Below, piece by piece: positions 58,956-63,882 of a DNA stretch of 63,882 bases. The notes beneath the pieces are model-generated. The model was not told the DNA's origin and did no database searches. It worked only from the letters and a program-made list of their open reading frames with translations. Positions within the stretch are counted from its first letter, which is position 1, and every line of letters begins with the position of its first letter. A program made the translations under genes and the position numbers. This DNA comes from Folioceros fuciformis (taxonomy: Eukaryota), in the NCBI GenBank assembly GCA_049999805.1, contig JBNGIO010006035.1, forward strand, positions 67,587 through 131,468. Reading direction: 5' to 3'.

Positions 58956-60077
58956 GCTCGACAGGCCTCTTCATTCATCGGCCTGTAGCTCCACAACCTC
59001 AGATCCTCATACCAGAACAGCAGGAAGCAGCAAACTTTCACTCCACTGCATGCCCTACCAAAAAGCGCGGCCCCTCCAGAATCACAATCACAACCGTATC
59101 GATCGCCATTCCGGCAACCCGCAATGTCGCTATCCACCACAATTTGCCGCATCCATCCACCAGCTCCGCAACGACTCCACCAGAATTGCACACCACAATT
59201 CCGCTCACCTGTGCTGTTCCCCTCGAATGACCCGGCAGCTCGCCTCCTCGAGCGCTCGCATCGGCTATGGCGCAACCCGGCGGACGGAGCGAACCAGGGG
59301 CGAGTGATTCGCGAATCACCGGCGGAGGAGCAACAACCGAAGATGCCGATTCAATAAAGACCGAATAGGGCGCCAAGATGCAAGGCCTGCCACTGGTCGC
59401 TGCAGACAACGTAGACTGGACAGGACTCATGAAAGACGGCTCGTCCGTCACGTCTCCTTCGAGATCCACGTTTCGTGAATCGCGATTCGCGTATCATCAT
59501 CCCGCTCAACGTATTCCTTTCCACCCGCAGCAGCAGGTTATCAGGCACCCGGAAAGTAGCGTCACCGAGTAGGCAAACCTCGGCCAAGCCCCTTTTTTCT
59601 TACCAACTTTGCCCCCGATTGTAGCCTGTAAGCTTGCCAGCTATTTTCATGTTCCTCTTACTTTAAAATATTCTACACTCATGTTTTAAGAGTAATTATT
59701 TTTTTATATTTAAAAAAAATTCCTTCTTTTTGAAGGTAAAATTCCTTCTTTAAATTAATTTAATACTTTCTTACATATAAATTATCTACAAGAATAAACA
59801 AATGGCTTTAAAACTCCTAAGTACAAATTATTTGCCGAGGTCTGCCGGGGAGGTAATGCACGTCAAAAGTCCGGAAAGGCTGGACAGGCGGACTTTCTGA
59901 AACTCTGAGACGAGTTGTATGACGTGAGACGTCTTCGTCCCTCCATATCACTTTCACAAGCACGCAGAGGATAGGACAGGTCTCATCAACTGGCCATTGA
60001 CGCCATTTGGCACACAATGCCGCTGTGAGGAATCCCTCGCAGCTCTCAGTAAGTGCATACTATTTACATGCCAGCAA

Positions 60078-60252
60078 GCAAGCACCTGGGAAAATCACAA
60101 TCAAAATCGGCACCTGCACCATCAACATAGGCACAAGCACCTGGGGAAATCACAATCAAAATCGGCACCTGCACCATCAAAATCGGCACCTGCACCATCA
60201 AAATCGGCACAAGCACCTGGGGGAATCACAATCACAATCGGCACTTGCACCA
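60078..60252. repeat. Tandem 21-bp/compound repeat in the DDB2 3' region
   Basis: aaatcggcacctgcaccatca and caagcacctggg..aatcacaatca units are interleaved. Confidence 0.8.
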
Positions 60253-60262
60253 TGGACCCGTG

Positions 60263-63112
60263 CTACTTCCCATTCCTGGGCTTCTTCTTCGGTGCAGGGG
60301 TTTCCACCAGCTTTACGGGCACAGACCTAGTCTTGCACTTGACTTTTCCATTTCCCTTCCCCTTCATGCAGAAATCGTCATCATCGTCGTCGTCGTCATT
60401 CAGCTTGCCCTTGCCCTTGCCCTTCTTGCCAATGATTTCTTCTACAGTGTAAATGGACGCCTCGGATCTGGTGTCAGTGGTGCCTTTGTCCTCTCTTTCT
60501 GAATCGTCGCTGGGCTTCCATATGAAAAGTGACCTGAAACAGGCAGATGATGCCGGTCAAGGAGACAGAACTGCGATTCAGCGAGTGGGGTCTTGAGCTA
60601 CTCGAGTCCGGATGGTTTACCTGGAGCTGCCAGTTGCCAATACGTCCAGCCGAGGGTGCAGCTTGTTCACAGGACATATTGTGGTGATGGCGCGATCTTT
60701 CACCTCTGAAACGAGCTGACCTGTACTAGCATCGATGAAGTCGATGGGGTGGAGAGCAACCCCTTGGAAGTCATCACTGATGTAGCGTCCAATGACGAAC
60801 AGATTCTCCGAGGGGTCCTGGTGAGGAAGCAGGCATCAGTGGAGGTGTTTGGCTCGACGGTCAGGGTAAAGGAAGGGCCATGGGTTTAGAGCGGAGGAAA
60901 GAATGTACCTTCGGATCCCATTCTGCTCGGAAACAAGTTAGGTAACGATTGAAATCGTGGCTATGTACAATCTCTCTACTTGGTTCTGACAGAGCCCCGA
61001 AGATGGTGTCCCAGACTCGTATTCGGTTGTCCTGGCAGGTAGTCAAAATTTTGCTCCCCGTGAACTCCGAGAAGTAGGCAGAGTTGACAACCCTGGGATG
61101 CTGTAAGTTTGCTAGACTTGAGGACTCGTCAGCCAACATCCGTAAATCCCATATCCTAGCCTGGGCGGACCGAAAGGAACACAACGTCTCAGGTTTCATA
61201 TTCATTTCAACGGAATCGAATACCACGAACCGTTAGATGTTTCCAAACAGGACAATGCGTTGCAAGGAGAAGGTTGAGCATGCCAACTACCAGATGATCG
61301 TTTCCTGCTGACATGAAGATATCAGGGTCAACAGGATTGCAATGAATCCCTACAATCTTCGTACCCTTCTTGTGTATCAGCTTTGGATCGCAAAGACCAC
61401 CTTGAGAATGCTGGCTGCCCCTCTTCTGCTCTCGCAGATCCAATCTGCAAAAAAAGTTCCAGCACATCAGGAACAAGAAAAGGAATGCTGAAAGTGCACT
61501 GTTTGCATTGCAGGACATCTCTGCATACTGATACAAATAACCCCGGTTGTCTGCTGCCAACACGACATTCCGTGATTTGTTGACATCCATGGCGTACATC
61601 ATCTTCCAAGTCGCTGGACCCTTCAAGAACAAAGAAAGGCTTCCTTGTCAGACAGAGACCCAAACGTTTGCATGAGGAAAGGATGACTCTAACAAATAGG
61701 AAGACGTTACATTCCAACCATCCGGATTCAAATCAATCATGCTTGAGGCGATTCCCGTTTCCAGATCAGTCCAGCACACAGTCCCATCCGATCCAGAGGT
61801 ATAAATAGTATCAGTGTTTTGTGGATGAAATCTGCAGATCCAGTGCCGCATTTATGAACATGTATCCCAAGATGAGGCATTCCTCAAATTTAATGAAACC
61901 ACCAAGCCGAGACAATCACGTTGGCAGCTGAAACCGAATAGAGAAAACAGTCGAGAGCCTCACTTGATGCTGTTGACCAGACAACTGTGGACAGTGCTAT
62001 ACACTGTTTTTTCAAACACCTTCTCAAAATCCCAGACCCCAAGCTGCCCTTTCTGCCAACCAGTTACCAAACATGTCAGCTACACTCGGGCATTACAGGG
62101 GGGAAAGATACAGAGGATCACCCACAAGCGAGATCACGAGTCTTGCGCCCACTAGCTGGTCCACCAGGAAAGTCAGAGAGCACATAATGGAGACGAAACC
62201 TTGTCTCCCGATATGAGAATGTTGTCTCTAGTAGGATGGAATTCAATGTTCGTTATCCTCCTGCTGTGCAACCTTATAACGGCTGCGTTAACTCTGTCTG
62301 GAATAATTGGAGCACGTTTCCACTGCATACGCACAGTTTACAAATGCAGTTGAAGAGGCTCTGTCCATAAAAATTCCAGAAGAATGCAAAGAGCTCACCA
62401 CTGAAGGCAAGAGACATGCATACCGCAAGAACATGACACCGAAGCTGGCGCTCATGCAAAAAATCAACAATGCCAAGAGATTGTCTTCGAGGAGCTGGTG
62501 CAACCCCATGCTCTGTTGCCACTCGATGTGGACACGTTGCAGTGGTGTGGCCTGACAGACAAAAGAATCCGCAAGCTCTCAGCCCATAAATCCAGTCATA
62601 CTATGTACAAACGTGTAGAACAAATTCCAGTGCCCTCCAGTACACACTTACCAGGATTCTTACATAGATAACACGGTTTATTTGGGCAATCAAGATACAC
62701 GGAACCCACAAACCCTGCTTGATGACCAGGCTTCTTGCAAACCTGCGATCACAGTCCCAAGACTGCATCACTGCAAGAACGAAAACAACCACACAATCCC
62801 TAAAACATGGACAACCGTCTTCCACACACCATCATGCTGATTCTGGCAATGGGAACATACCTTGCAAACCTTGGCACCTTTCAGACTGATAGTTATAGGC
62901 CGCTTCTTCCTCTTCTTCTCGACCTCATCCTTCTGCTCCACTTCCTTTACCTCTGCGTTCTGCTCCTCACCATCAGCAGACTCATCATCATCATCGTCAG
63001 ACTCTACGACAAGGTCATGGTCTTCTTCCTCTTCCTCCTCTGAGCTTTCCTCGTAATCACTCTCCTGCTCGACCACTACTTTCCGAACTGCCCTTCTCGG
63101 CCTCGTTGCCAT
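60263..63112 (-). CDS. DDB2: Damaged DNA-binding protein 2 (WD40), multi-exon
   Basis: Acidic N-terminus, ITISLK..VCKVC zinc-finger region, HSRRITNIEFHPT, GQLGVWDF, ARIWDLR, HPRVVNSAYFS, HSHDFNRYLTCFRAEWDPK and RSLFIWKP. The stop is at 60263-60265. Confidence 0.92.
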
Positions 63113-63882
63113 CTCTGAACCAAACAACCGGTTAGTCCACAAGAGCAGCACGTCCCAGATATCAGCAACAATTCCATTGCTAATAGCTATGCAACGTAGA
63201 TTTCCCGACCTCCACAACAAAACGCATAGACTACACCACACAGTGCTACGCTGACAACCCGACGCAAACAATCAAACAGCAGCCGTACCTTCACCTTCTC
63301 AGTCACGCGCCCGTGTCCTATTACGGCGCCGACCAGGCGCATCCATGAGTTGAAACGATGCAGCAGGAACTCATCCTCCGTCAGCTGGACAGCGTTCTCC
63401 GACTGCCGAATTCCGCAATGGAAACGAACAATCGGATTCCCCAAACGATTCTCGCGCCAATTCCTATCTACCGATAACACAAGCGGACCTTCCCAAAACG
63501 ACAATGAGGGCAGTGACTACGACTGAACAGTACCCGCCAGACAAAGATTGCTTCAACTTTCTCCTTCCTCCGACTTTACATGTAGGGGAGCCCGCAAACG
63601 GCCTGGCCGCCGCCATACAGAGTCCAAGGCACACGAGCGGCCACGTCGTGACCCCGTTCCGTCAAAACTAACGGGTTCCGTTACGACGGCAACCCTGGCA
63701 ACCACAAGAACTCCTTTCCCGAGTGCGCAACTCTCCCAACCACATGGCCCCGCTCGCGGCCCGATCGAGCAAGCAATTCGACGACTGGAGCAAGCGGCCA
63801 TCGAGACTGGCGCGATCCATGGCTGCTTCCGCTTGAGATCTCAGCTCTTGTTAGTGGACCATCGGCAAGAGAGAGCCATGTC

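Overview
Gene-dense plant nuclear DNA with short (~70-150 nt) GT-AG introns. The WW-type and KPAxA/DRH-type PPR editing factors and the nuclear mitochondrial-type rps13/rps14 suggest a hornwort (Anthoceros-like); this is an inference. In order, the window holds: an NPF/PTR transporter, a CCA-adding enzyme, two tandem WW-type PLS-PPR genes, TFIIA large subunit, rps13, a YSL transporter, DHX37/DHR1 helicase, eIF2B-beta, rps14, a PLS-PPR with a complete DYW:KP (DRH) domain, a decayed Ty3/gypsy element with a nested solo LTR, a stand-alone HDAC6-type ZnF-UBP gene, another PLS-PPR, SKIP/SNW1, Prp18, TMEM135 and DDB2. The most striking observation is that the two PPR genes flanking the retrotransposon carry an N-terminal PDF motif of the kind found in OSB organellar ssDNA-binding proteins. 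In one gene this motif is fused to a DYW:KP domain, the class associated with U-to-C editing. Exon boundaries were read by eye, spliced genes are given as overall spans, and no database searches were run.
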